Below, piece after piece: positions 1 through 10,320 of a stretch of 39,813 bases of DNA (positions are counted from its first letter, which is position 1; every line of letters starts with the position of its first letter). The notes below the pieces were generated by a model. It made no database searches. It was not told the origin of the DNA and saw only the letters and a program-made list of their open reading frames with translations. Source of the DNA: a bacterium (lineage in GTDB: Bacteria; Hinthialibacterota; Hinthialibacteria; Hinthialibacterales; Hinthialibacteraceae); the NCBI GenBank assembly GCA_041946805.1, contig JBHGBC010000066.1, positions 1-39,813 of the forward strand, written 5' to 3'. Both the position numbers and the translations under genes were made by a program.

Positions 1-369
1 CACCTGGAAAATCCCACCTATGAAGATGTGTGCACCGGACGCACCGGCCACGCCGAGGTCTGCCAGGTGATGTTCGATCCCGCCCGGATCTCGTACGAGG
101 ACCTGCTGAATGTGTTTTGGGAATGCCACGATCCCACCACGCTGAACCGCCAGGGCCCGGACATCGGGACCCAATACCGTTCGGTGATCTTTTATCACAC
201 CCCGGAACAGGAAGCGGCGGCGCGCGCCGCAAAGGAACGCCTGGAAAAAGCCGGCCGCTTCCGGAGACCCATCGTCACCCAAATCCTGCCCGCGGGACCC
301 TTCTACCGGGCGGAAGAATACCACCAACGCTATTTCGAGAAGACCGGCCGCGGCGCCTGCCACCGGTAA
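1..369 (+). CDS. msrA: Peptide-methionine (S)-S-oxide reductase MsrA, 5' truncated by window edge
   Basis: Frame 1 is open from base 1: [38 protein letters not shown] and [11 protein letters not shown] are canonical MsrA motifs. Confidence 0.97.
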   Translation, partial: HLENPTYEDVCTGRTGHAEVCQVMFDPARISYEDLLNVFWECHDPTTLNRQGPDIGTQYRSVIFYHTPEQEAAARAAKERLEKAGRFRRPIVTQILPAGPFYRAEEYHQRYFEKTGRGACHR

Positions 370-391
370 GGAAGCTGTGCCCTTCCTTGGC

Positions 392-2083
392 TTATTCCGG
401 CAGATGAATTCCAGGAACCAGGAGGTAGATTTCAATCCGGTCGATCCATACCGTCACCATCCCGTTCTCGTTGCCGGAGATTTGCAGGAAGGGATTAATC
501 ACCAAGCCCTCATCGGCTTGGAACAACGCGTCGATTTTCGCTTCCGAACCGGTCAACGCAGTGGAAGTCTTGTAGAGAGTCATCCCGATGGAGCCGTCCA
601 CGTTATCCCCGCTGGTGACATTCCCCTTCAACGCGCCCACAACCACCTGGGCCGAATCGCTGTCCCCGCGCATCACCGCGCGGACCAAGGCCGGCCGGCC
701 TTGCGTGGCCACGGCCTGCCGAGTCAACAAAAATACGACCTGGCCAGGCTGCACACTGACCGCAATCCCCTTTTCGTCCTGTGAGGAGAGAAACAGGCCG
801 GGCGGGAATATGATATTTTCATACACCACGCCGGCCGGCCGGGAATCGAATCCTCCCGGAATCACCCACCAGCCGCATTCTTCCAGGGTGGATCGGTCCA
901 ATTCATAGACGCCGGCGGCCCGGGGAGGAACATCGGCATCCGAGGGGGTTGGGGTAGGCAGGACCAACACCGGAGTCGGCGTCGGGGAGACATCCAGAAA
1001 GGCGATGCTCACCGCATACTCCCCCTGATTATCCCCATCCAGCGAAACATAATAGATCCGCCCGGCTTCCAACACCGGGTCCAGGCGATTCACATTCATG
1101 GCCACGGGCGCGAGATCCTCCAACGATTCCCAGAGATTGACGAACAGGTACGTTAGCGGCTGCCCCGGCTCCACGTAGGTCTCGATCCGGTAAACCCCCG
1201 TTTGCGGAATCTGGATCCAATACCAATTCTCATCGAAAAAGTCGGCGAGTCGTCCGGACCGCGGCGGGCCGTTCACGATGAGCTCCGCTATCTCCTCCGG
1301 GGGCGTCTCCGGTGTGGGAGTCGCGTCCCCCAGCCCGGGCGTTGCCGTCGGGGTGGGGTAAACGGCCGGTTCCGTCGGAGTGGGAGTGAAAGCCAAGGGA
1401 GCCGTCGGGGTTGGCAGGATCTCGCTGGGCAGGATCTGGACTTCGACATTGTCCAAGGCCCAACCTTCATCGTTCTGGACGGTCCATCCCCCCGTGTCGC
1501 CTTGCAGCAATCCCGAAGCCGAAAACAGGACCGTCAACGTGGAATCCGTATGAGCGAAACGGTAACTCAGATGGTAGGTGGTGTCCCCCATGAAGCTGAA
1601 TCCCAGGGTGTTGCTTGCGGCCGCCCCGGTCCGCGCGGGATTGTTACCTCCCGGATACGATCCAGGATACGCCTGGGCGTCGCTGACATTGGAAAACGTG
1701 GTCTTCAAGAGAGCGGGGCCGCCGGCGATGTTGAGTTCCCAAATATCCGGCCCGTAATAAGTGTTGTTGCCGTCCCAACTCTGGTTGATATACAGATCGA
1801 AGGTTACTTCGATTTCCGTATGCGGTTGTAAATTCGCTAAACCGAGAGATACGTTTTGGTTTCCAAACTGCCCCAGGCAGGTGATGCTTCCCTGCGCGAG
1901 CGTTTCCGTCTGGGTGTGGGACCACTCGGCCCCCGCGCCGGTTTCAAAGCTGGTGCTGTATATTTTTTGGAACTGGTCTGAGGCTTGGGATGGGGAAAGG
2001 GAAGCAGCTTGAGATCCATCATGAAAATTGATCCAACCCAGCAGAGTGAACGAAACAAGGATCCGCGGCATCGTTATAACCAT
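392..2083 (-). CDS. Secreted multidomain protein: signal peptide, jelly-roll-like N domain, Pro/Thr linker, PPC-like domain, Pro/Thr linker, uncharacterised C domain
   Basis: GGAGG 6 nt before ATG at 2083; hydrophobic N-terminus (MPRILVSFTLLGW); PTPT linkers; DENWYWIQIPQTGVYRIETY...LEAGRIYYVSL resembles a pre-peptidase C-terminal domain. Start uncertain (2071/2083/2086). Confidence 0.75.
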   Translation of the reverse strand: MVITMPRILVSFTLLGWINFHDGSQAASLSPSQASDQFQKIYSTSFETGAGAEWSHTQTETLAQGSITCLGQFGNQNVSLGLANLQPHTEIEVTFDLYINQSWDGNNTYYGPDIWELNIAGGPALLKTTFSNVSDAQAYPGSYPGGNNPARTGAAASNTLGFSFMGDTTYHLSYRFAHTDSTLTVLFSASGLLQGDTGGWTVQNDEGWALDNVEVQILPSEILPTPTAPLAFTPTPTEPAVYPTPTATPGLGDATPTPETPPEEIAELIVNGPPRSGRLADFFDENWYWIQIPQTGVYRIETYVEPGQPLTYLFVNLWESLEDLAPVAMNVNRLDPVLEAGRIYYVSLDGDNQGEYAVSIAFLDVSPTPTPVLVLPTPTPSDADVPPRAAGVYELDRSTLEECGWWVIPGGFDSRPAGVVYENIIFPPGLFLSSQDEKGIAVSVQPGQVVFLLTRQAVATQGRPALVRAVMRGDSDSAQVVVGALKGNVTSGDNVDGSIGMTLYKTSTALTGSEAKIDALFQADEGLVINPFLQISGNENGMVTVWIDRIEIYLLVPGIHLPE

Positions 2084-2504
2084 CATGGCCCTCCGGCTTC
2101 CAGGGGGGACACGTGATCCCCCAGAATAGTATGGCTCGATACCCATGCAACGAATACGGTCTGATAGGAATCCGCTCCACGCGGCCGCCCCGGCCGCAAG
2201 CACCTCCTTTCCGCCGGCGCCGTGTATTGGCAAATCCTTCCGGCAGTCCAATATCATGTCAGCGAATGATGACATGACTATTATTATATAACTGTTTATC
2301 GATGCGCCGTGCGGTTTTTTCAGCGCATGGCGACAAAGCAGTCAGCCCAGGGCAACCTGCATGAAAAAATCCTTCACTCAGGAAACGGGCCTGGGTGAAG
2401 GAATATGGTTTGGGCAGACCTTGATGTCCGCCCTCCAGAGCATGGATTACCTCTTTCACTATTCCGTATTCATTTCCCGGATAATCAGCTATGAATGCCA
2501 GGAG

Positions 2505-2543
2505 TTGAAAAGCAAAAGCCCGGATGGAAACCGTCCGGGCTTT
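2505..2543 (-). terminator. Rho-independent terminator of the 2565..3935 gene
   Basis: Minus strand AAAGCCCGGACGG-TTT-CCATCCGGGCTTTT then GCTTTT, about 20 nt after the stop codon. Confidence 0.8.
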
Positions 2544-2564
2544 GAGCATTCCATCTAGAGCCAT

Positions 2565-3935
2565 TCAGAAAATCGGCCATTCCTCGACGGCGGTGGGGAG
2601 GTAACTGGTTAGCACGGTCAGTTTCACCACATCGGTCAAGCCGTCTCCCGTGGAATAGATGATCAGGAAGGATCCGCTGCGGGGATCGTATTTCACATCA
2701 TGGTAGTTGGCATCATTGCTCACCGCGGCGGAGGTTTCCACTAATTTATAGAGATCATCCGGACGCCCAGGCAAAATCTGGCCATCAGGGCCTAGCAGCG
2801 TGAAGACCATGCCTTGAAAATTGCCATCCCGGGCGTTATGCGAAATCACAAACACGCCATTCTTGGTATCCAACGCCAGGCGGGGATGGCGTTGGGAATA
2901 GGGGACGTTCCCGGTGGCTTCCAGATAGGGGATTTGTTCCCGGGATTGTGTGAGCTTGTAATCCGGGGCGGGGCCGATCTTGAAATAAAAGATATCGCCG
3001 CCTTCCGCGCCGTTGCCGTAATCCAACACGCCGATGAATTCGCCGGTGTAGGGATTCTCGATGGCGGAGGGATGGCCGGCGTCGAACTCCTTGCGCAGTT
3101 CGGAGACGATCTGCTGATTGCCTTGTTGCAGCTTTCCATTTGCGTCAGGCGTGGGTTGGATGATGGTGCAACTGATCCGATTGGCGGAAGTACTAGGATC
3201 GATATTGGTGATGAACAGGAACACATCGTTTTCCGGCAGGTAATAGACATCGGGATCGTCTTCGTCCTCGGCCGGTTCCAACTGATCCAGCCGGGTCATT
3301 TCCGGCGTGAGCAAATTGCCGTCCTTGTCGTAAAGCAATCCGATCACGCCTTCCCCGCTTTCCCCCGCGGGTGAATATTCACTGACATACATCAAATTGC
3401 CGTTTTTGGTGCTGGCGGCCACCGCGGTGTCCTGATAATTCTGGGTGGTTTCCGGATCCCAGTTCCAGGCCTTGAAAACCGGTCCGGCGGTCTTGGCGAC
3501 GGAATACGGATTGACGATGGCCATTAGGGGAACCCGCGCCCCGGAGGGCGAATACTCATCCGCCGCCACGGCGACGAAATAGCGGTTGCTGACCGGGTTG
3601 TAGGTGATGCTCAGTTTTTGCAGGGCGCCGCGGGGATTTCCGACAATCGTGATGGGATCTCCCATCTGGGTCATGGTGACTGGATCATAATAGAATCCCA
3701 CAACCGCTTGTTGGGCCGGTTCCCCGGTGATGGGATCATTCACGATGGCCACGGTGTCGATGGTCACGAACAGGACTTCGTTTTCCTGCGTGTTCACCGC
3801 AAGTCCCGCTTCCTTCGTGTTGGTTTCCGCGAAGAGAGAAATCGGTTCGCTGATCGTGAATTCCGGTTTCTCCTGGGCCGGAATGGACAAGGCCACCATC
3901 ATCACGGCCGGTACTAACCATACGCATCGTTTCAT
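2565..3935 (-). CDS. Secreted acidic beta-rich hypothetical protein ending in PTAVEEWPIF
   Basis: 456-aa ORF; strong RBS AAGGAGG; signal peptide MKRCVWLVPAVMMVALSIPA-Q; own terminator. Confidence 0.85.
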   Translation of the reverse strand: MKRCVWLVPAVMMVALSIPAQEKPEFTISEPISLFAETNTKEAGLAVNTQENEVLFVTIDTVAIVNDPITGEPAQQAVVGFYYDPVTMTQMGDPITIVGNPRGALQKLSITYNPVSNRYFVAVAADEYSPSGARVPLMAIVNPYSVAKTAGPVFKAWNWDPETTQNYQDTAVAASTKNGNLMYVSEYSPAGESGEGVIGLLYDKDGNLLTPEMTRLDQLEPAEDEDDPDVYYLPENDVFLFITNIDPSTSANRISCTIIQPTPDANGKLQQGNQQIVSELRKEFDAGHPSAIENPYTGEFIGVLDYGNGAEGGDIFYFKIGPAPDYKLTQSREQIPYLEATGNVPYSQRHPRLALDTKNGVFVISHNARDGNFQGMVFTLLGPDGQILPGRPDDLYKLVETSAAVSNDANYHDVKYDPRSGSFLIIYSTGDGLTDVVKLTVLTSYLPTAVEEWPIF

Positions 3936-4155
3936 GGTACAACCTCCTTGGGGATTGAAAGATTGATGATCCGGACACAGATGCAGATTCGGATTCCCTT
4001 ATTCAAAAATAAGCCATTTATTTCCAGGAGGATAGATGACTCACCGGTTTTGTCTTTTGGCCGGGATCCGGATTTCTGGCCCCCCCATTGAACATCCGCG
4101 GCGGGAAGTGAGGTTGATGGGCCGCGTTGCGCTTTGAGCCCATCCTGCCGCGCTT

Positions 4156-4190
4156 CCCACACCCCGGCCCTCTCCCCGAGGGGGAGGGAG
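4156..4190 (+). repeat. Palindromic repeat family A (CCCTCACCCyrrCCCTCTCCCnnnGGGAGAGGG), representative copy
   Basis: Other copies near 5682, 6943, 7994, 8253, 10845 (degenerate), 13700 (degenerate), 13810, 20645, 21052, 25859, 26632, 26682, 30544, 31303, 32970, 36245, 38408 and 39688, all intergenic. Confidence 0.9.
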
Positions 4191-4200
4191 TTGATAAGCG

Positions 4201-4244
4201 GGGGGATTGTCTGAATCAGGACGGCCAGGATGAACAAGATGACC
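4201..4244 (+). repeat. Repeat family B (GGATTGTCTGAATCAGGAnGGCCAGGATGAACAAGATGACC)
   Basis: 42/44 identical to 13571..13614; inverted copy at ~33076..33113 and inverted half copy at 32831..32853. Confidence 0.85.
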
Positions 4245-4335
4245 GGGGCATGGGTGGATTATGCGTTGCTCGCCCCATTCCGCCCCTCGAATCCATCCGG
4301 CTGCCAGGCGATGGTTATACAACCACTGATTTCAA

Positions 4336-5586
4336 TCACTTCGCGTCGCGGGCGAAGCGGAGGCCGAACGAACGGCCGATTTCCGCCCCCGAGCGGGCGA
4401 AGCGGTGCGTGGTGCGGGCATAGTAGGCGCTGAAGTTCCACGATCCCCCACGCAGGACACGCAGATGCCGGTCGAATTCCTGGAGATGGATCTTGGTCCC
4501 GGGGTAGGGCCGGAAGAACGAGTTCACCCACTCGAAGACATTGCCGGCCATGTCCTCCACGCCGAAAGGGCTTTCTCCTTGTGGGTAACTGCCCACGGGA
4601 GCGGTGTCGTGACGGTTGGATTCCCAGGTGTTGGCGCGGTTGGAATCGAAGGCGTTTCCCCAGGGATACAGCCGGGGACGGGGGCCGTGCGCCGCGTATT
4701 CCCACTCCTCCTCGGTGGGCAAGCGTACCCCTCTCCAGAGGCAATAGGCTTCCGCGTCCGCGAACGACACCCAGGTGACTGGGTGGTTTTCCAGGCCGGT
4801 GGGAATCTGTCCGCCGGTCCAATGGCGCGGGGGAGCGTGTCCGGCGGCTTGAACGAACTCGGCGTATTCCTGGTTCGTGACTTCGTACCGGCTGAGGTAA
4901 AACGCCTCGACATACACCTTGTGGGGGGGGATTTCGCCAGGATCGCCGCTGTTCGAGCCGATCACCGTCCATCCCGCGGGGATGTAGATCATGCCCGGGT
5001 ATTTGTTTTTGATGGCGTCGGATATGGCGTCCGGCTCGGCGGCGGGCGGGGTGGAACTTTCCACGCCCTCTTCCTCCCGCAGCAGTTTTTCATCGATCTG
5101 AAAGGTTTCACTGATCAATTGGCGGCCCCACTCGCCCATCATCTCCGAACTGGTCAGATTCGAACCAAAGCGGTGCGTGGTTTTGATGAACGCCGCCGCC
5201 TTGACGTCAATCACGCGGAGGGTGATTTCGATCTGCGCGCCTTGCCGCTTGAAATAGCCGGCCATGACCTGGTCGGCCCCCAACAGGCGTCCCATGGCGG
5301 AAAAGCAGGGGAGTTCATGACACGGGTAGGGAAACGAGTTGGCTTTCAGGATGGAGAGCATGGAGGCGCGGCTCAACACGCGGTACAAGCCGGTGCGGTC
5401 CACTTCGCGGCGGATGAACTCGCTGAAGGCCAGGGTTTCGGTATCCGATGTTTGTTCATCCATGGGGCGCAGGTCGGTGATGACCAACAGGGGAGAGAGT
5501 TGGATGTCTTCGGCGGCGGCCCCGGGAATCCATGATAAGGCATTCCAGAGAGTGATGGTCAACCAAAGAAAGCGTCCGCGGGGCAT
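4336..5586 (-). CDS. Secreted SUMF1/FGE-sulfatase-fold protein with an N-terminal CsgG/TolB-N-like domain
   Basis: FYLSRYEVTN, HPVTWVSFADAEAYC, RLPTEEEWEYAA, DMAGNVFEW, RVLRGGSW and GLRFA motifs; signal peptide; no catalytic Cys pair after RGGSW. Confidence 0.88.
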   Translation of the reverse strand: MPRGRFLWLTITLWNALSWIPGAAAEDIQLSPLLVITDLRPMDEQTSDTETLAFSEFIRREVDRTGLYRVLSRASMLSILKANSFPYPCHELPCFSAMGRLLGADQVMAGYFKRQGAQIEITLRVIDVKAAAFIKTTHRFGSNLTSSEMMGEWGRQLISETFQIDEKLLREEEGVESSTPPAAEPDAISDAIKNKYPGMIYIPAGWTVIGSNSGDPGEIPPHKVYVEAFYLSRYEVTNQEYAEFVQAAGHAPPRHWTGGQIPTGLENHPVTWVSFADAEAYCLWRGVRLPTEEEWEYAAHGPRPRLYPWGNAFDSNRANTWESNRHDTAPVGSYPQGESPFGVEDMAGNVFEWVNSFFRPYPGTKIHLQEFDRHLRVLRGGSWNFSAYYARTTHRFARSGAEIGRSFGLRFARDAK

Positions 5587-5649
5587 AATATCGCCTTTGA
5601 CAAGGCTGGCGCGGGGATGAAACACCCTTCGTGAGCCGATCCTCAACCT

Positions 5650-5675
5650 GGGCGGACACCGAGGTCCGCCCCTAC
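5650..5675 (-). repeat. GTAG-type REP family C (GTAGGGGCGGACCTnnGTGTCCGCCC)
   Basis: Similar copies at 8220..8244, ~13680 (partial), 30582..30608, 36208..36236 and 39728..39753; variant GTAGGGGCACG...CGTGCCCCT at 20853..20879 and a degenerate copy at ~6857..6883. Confidence 0.85.
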
Positions 5676-5745
5676 AGAATTCCCCTCACCCCCGGCCCCA
5701 CTCCCATCAAGGGCGAGGGGAGGAGAAGAAAGAGTATGCACCTTT

Positions 5746-5778
5746 GATGGATTACGCGCCGCGCGCTTACCCATCCTC
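5746..5778 (-). repeat. GTAG-type REP family G (GTAGGATGGGTTAGCGCGCGGCGCGTAGCCCATC)
   Basis: Near-identical copy at 31243..31276; degenerate copies at ~4252..4285 and 25801..25834. Confidence 0.8.
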
Positions 5779-5821
5779 CATTCCCACCCTACATTTTGGT
5801 CCTCCTGGAGGAAAGGGGGCC

Positions 5822-6613
5822 TCAGCTGCTGCGGAAGCCGCGGCTTTGCGTGTGTTCGATCAGATCGTTCAGATGGTCGCGGGCGGATGTGTGGTTTGGA
5901 TCGATTTCCAGGGCGCGTTCGAATTCCAACCGGGCCTGGTCGAATTTCCGGTCGCTTTCATGGATGCGGCCGAGGATGTAATAAATCTCGGCGCTGTTGG
6001 GGTTGAGTTCTTCCGCCTTGGCCAGTTCCAGGATGGCGACCTCGTCATGGCCGTGGTTGTAGTACAGATACGCGATGCGGGCGTGGGTGTCGCTCATCTT
6101 ACGGATGACCTGGCGGGCCAGGGATTCCTCGGGTTCCATTTCGAGCACGCGCTGGAATTCGCCCAGGGCTTTCTTGTATTCCTGCTCGGCCAGGAGTTGT
6201 TCGCCTTTTTCCACCCCCGCGTTCCACTGCCGCTTTTTTTGGTTGTACTGGATGGTTTGGATTTGTTTCTTGGCGTTATCGTGATTGGGATTGCGGTTCA
6301 GCGTTTCGAGATAATCGAGCACGGCGCGGTTTTCATCACCCTTGTTCTCGAAGAAGCGGCCGCGCCGGAAATAGAACTCCGGCTCCGGTTCTTTTTGAAA
6401 TGAACTGATCTGGTCTTTCTGCAAAACCACGTATTCACCGGCTACGGTCTCCAGGACCAGGACCTTCGCCGAGTTCTCCAGAATGCGGCCTTCCAGCGGG
6501 CCTTTGGCCATGCTGATCAAGTCGCCATAGCCCGGGAGGCACGCGCCGTGCAGCCAGCCGGCCAAAGCCAGAAGCGTCAACAAGTCAAGCGATAGGTTTT
6601 TCCCCAGTTTCAT
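5822..6613 (-). CDS. Exported tetratricopeptide-repeat protein
   Basis: TPR motifs (YKKALGEFQRVLEMEPE, AEIYYILGRIHE, ARLEFERALEIDPNH); hydrophobic N-terminus; GAGGGG upstream of ATG 6613. Confidence 0.85.
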   Translation of the reverse strand: MKLGKNLSLDLLTLLALAGWLHGACLPGYGDLISMAKGPLEGRILENSAKVLVLETVAGEYVVLQKDQISSFQKEPEPEFYFRRGRFFENKGDENRAVLDYLETLNRNPNHDNAKKQIQTIQYNQKKRQWNAGVEKGEQLLAEQEYKKALGEFQRVLEMEPEESLARQVIRKMSDTHARIAYLYYNHGHDEVAILELAKAEELNPNSAEIYYILGRIHESDRKFDQARLEFERALEIDPNHTSARDHLNDLIEHTQSRGFRSS

Positions 6614-6686
6614 GACCGTCAGCCCCCTCGATGGAGGATAAGATCCCGTTTCAGGCAAACGCGGTCCGGCGCGGGTTCTTTATTTT

Positions 6687-6716
6687 ATCATAAAAAAGCC
6701 GGGTGGGGGAAGTCAA
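6687..6716 (-). promoter_or_regulatory. Putative sigma70 promoter for the TPR gene
   Basis: Minus strand TTGACT-N18-TATGAT, about 75 nt upstream of the start. Confidence 0.55.
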
Positions 6717-7085
6717 ATATTTCTTGGGGGATATCGGAAGCAGGCGGATGAATTGACCGCCAAGGCACAGAGGGTGTGGAGATTTATTCCAATCATGAAG
6801 ATCCAGAGCCGCCAAAGGGAATGCCTGGGTTGATGAAGTCATGGATCTTAAAAAAGCAGGGGCACGCCGCAACACGCCCCTGCAAAGGGGAGTGAGGAGT
6901 CGCTGCGTGAAATCGGGAGGATTTTGCGTGGAGGAAGGCTTTCCCTCATCCCGGCCCTCTCCCGGGGGGGAGAGGGAGCAGATGAGTGAGGTTGTGTACG
7001 GTTGAAGGACTACGCGCGGTGCGCTGATCCATCCACGTTCCACGTTCCGAATCCAGATGGTTGCCAATGGCTTTTTGCGGTACCC

Positions 7086-7937
7086 TCATTGGGGGATAGG
7101 GGCATTTCGCGGCGCGACGGACGCGACCGGCTTGGCGTAGCAGTAGAGGCACTGGTGGGGACACGACATCGTGTAACTGCCGATGTCGGAGCTCTTCGTG
7201 CAGCCGCAATCGGACCGCTGGCTGGCGTCCCGCGCCAGAGAACAACGTTCACCCGCCAAGCGACTCAGGAGCGGACCGTTGATACAGCGTCCCTTGATGA
7301 TCCCCTCGGCGGCCAACAATTCGTCTTTGCAGCAGGATTCCAGCGTGATTCCCCGCGGCCGGGCATAGGCGCTCAGTCCGGACAGGATATCCAGCTTTTG
7401 GGACAAGGGTGGATCGGAATTATCCAGAGCGTGGCTTTCCACCCGGCGCTGAACCTTGTTGTACCAGGTCACGAACGAAAACGTGCAGCGGGTCACTCCC
7501 AATTCGGCCATGAAATCACAGAGGGAGGCAAACGCGCCGAGATTGTTCCGGCGGCCGCCTTCCCAGAAGACGATCGGATCGAAGCGCCAATTGATGTGGC
7601 TGGGCGACCACCGGGCGGCCAGTTCCCGCGCCTGCCGCAGCCGTTCCTCGAGTGGAGGAACGCCCCGTTCCCATTCCGGGCAATCCACCAGGCTGAAGTT
7701 GAAATACCAGTTGAAGGCGGGATCGCGGGAGACGGGCGAATCCAAAAACGGGCGGAAATTTTTCGACCATAGTACAATGGTGTGCACATCCTCCAGACGC
7801 AGGCTGACGCGGAAGGTCTTGTCCTTCACCACCGGATTGCGCACGTCCACGCAGCCCTGGCGGAGATGATACTCCAGCCAGCGCATGTAAAAGCCGGGGA
7901 TGTCGGTGCGCCGCGAGGCGGAAATGACGGTGCGCAT
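7086..7937 (-). CDS. DUF1848 family protein (C-terminal CxxxCxxC)
   Basis: N-terminal ISASRRTDIPGFY, VLWSKN, WRFDPI and C-terminal CGCTKSSDIGSY..CPHQCLYCYA are typical of DUF1848. Confidence 0.88.
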   Translation of the reverse strand: MRTVISASRRTDIPGFYMRWLEYHLRQGCVDVRNPVVKDKTFRVSLRLEDVHTIVLWSKNFRPFLDSPVSRDPAFNWYFNFSLVDCPEWERGVPPLEERLRQARELAARWSPSHINWRFDPIVFWEGGRRNNLGAFASLCDFMAELGVTRCTFSFVTWYNKVQRRVESHALDNSDPPLSQKLDILSGLSAYARPRGITLESCCKDELLAAEGIIKGRCINGPLLSRLAGERCSLARDASQRSDCGCTKSSDIGSYTMSCPHQCLYCYAKPVASVAPRNAPIPQ

Positions 7938-8160
7938 GGCAATGCATCCATGGATTGGCCTGAATCGGTGATCGCCGATCCTTCGCCCATAGTCTAACAC
8001 TCTCCCCGAGGGAGAGGGGATGTTGTCTGAACCTGGAGGATCCGGATACGCAAGACGAGACGGATGTGAGTGGGATTCGCGGTGCTCATTCCACTCGGCG
8101 TTCATCCCTCTCCTAACCTCCCCCTGCCCCCCCAAGCTGTAAGGGAGGAATCATAAAAAC

Positions 8161-8369
8161 GGTTCTTCAAGTAAGTGCGTACATAATGGTGAAAAGGCAT
8201 TCGATCCGCTAGATGATACGGGTGGACCCCAAGGTCCGCCTCTAAAAAAATTCCCTCACCCTGACCCTCTCCCAGAGGGAGAGGGAATTTTGGGGTGATT
8301 CTTTTCGATCAACTTGAAGAGTTGTCAATCGGCAATCGGGAAAAAAAGTACACACTTGCCGGATAAGCC
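8161..8369 (-). mobile_element. MITE family 1, copy 1 (209 bp)
   Basis: Imperfect 22-bp TIRs GGTTCTTCAAGTAAGTGCGTAC / GGCTTATCCGGCAAGTGTGTAC; perfect 8-bp flanking duplication ATAAAAAC (8153..8160 and 8370..8377); internal REP C and repeat A. Confidence 0.85.
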
Positions 8370-8370
8370 A

Positions 8371-8404
8371 TAAAAACACGGGCGGACTCAAGGATCCGCC
8401 CGTG
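8371..8404 (-). terminator. Rho-independent terminator of degP
   Basis: Minus strand CACGGGCGGA-N8-TCCGCCCGTG followed by TTTTTAT, about 35 nt after the stop. Confidence 0.75.
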
Positions 8405-8437
8405 CTCAATGGGCAAGGGAACAAATGACTCCGCTGG

Positions 8438-9922
<1,485 letters not shown>

Positions 9923-10085
9923 GACTTGTTGCTCCTTTCAAGGATTTGGCCCGGGATGCGCCGGGAATAGAAGATGGTGATTTCCAACGCTGGATGATAG
10001 TTTTCGACCCATCATCCGGCGTCATTGGCCCAACGGGAGACTCCACCGGTTTGTATTTGTGATCGCCCTGTTTTCGAGGATGAAG

Positions 10086-10117
10086 ATGGCATATTCAATT
10101 TACAAAAATTATGCCAT
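10086..10117. promoter_or_regulatory. 8-bp inverted repeat upstream of degP; minus strand resembles a sigma54 -24/-12 element
   Basis: ATGGCATA-N16-TATGCCAT; minus strand reads TGGCATAATTTTTGTA (GG-N10-GT rather than GC). Confidence 0.35.
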
Positions 10118-10320
10118 TTCCGCAGATGTCTATAAATGCAGCCGGAGTGATTATTTCAGGACCTGAAGTCCATTTATTACTGCCTTGTATTGCCAGAAAA
10201 TGAGTCATAGCGGATCTTCCTCTGAGACAAAATGACACAATGCTTTTCCTCGTGCAGTTCTATCTTCCCTTCCACGGGATGCCAGACAATTCCGGGATCT
10301 TTCCAAGAGTGGCTCGTGGC

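Noticed and set aside
4336..4460. DGR variable region at the C-terminus of the FGE-fold protein
   Set aside because: No template repeat with adenine-specific mismatches and no reverse transcriptase in the window; a remote DGR cannot be excluded
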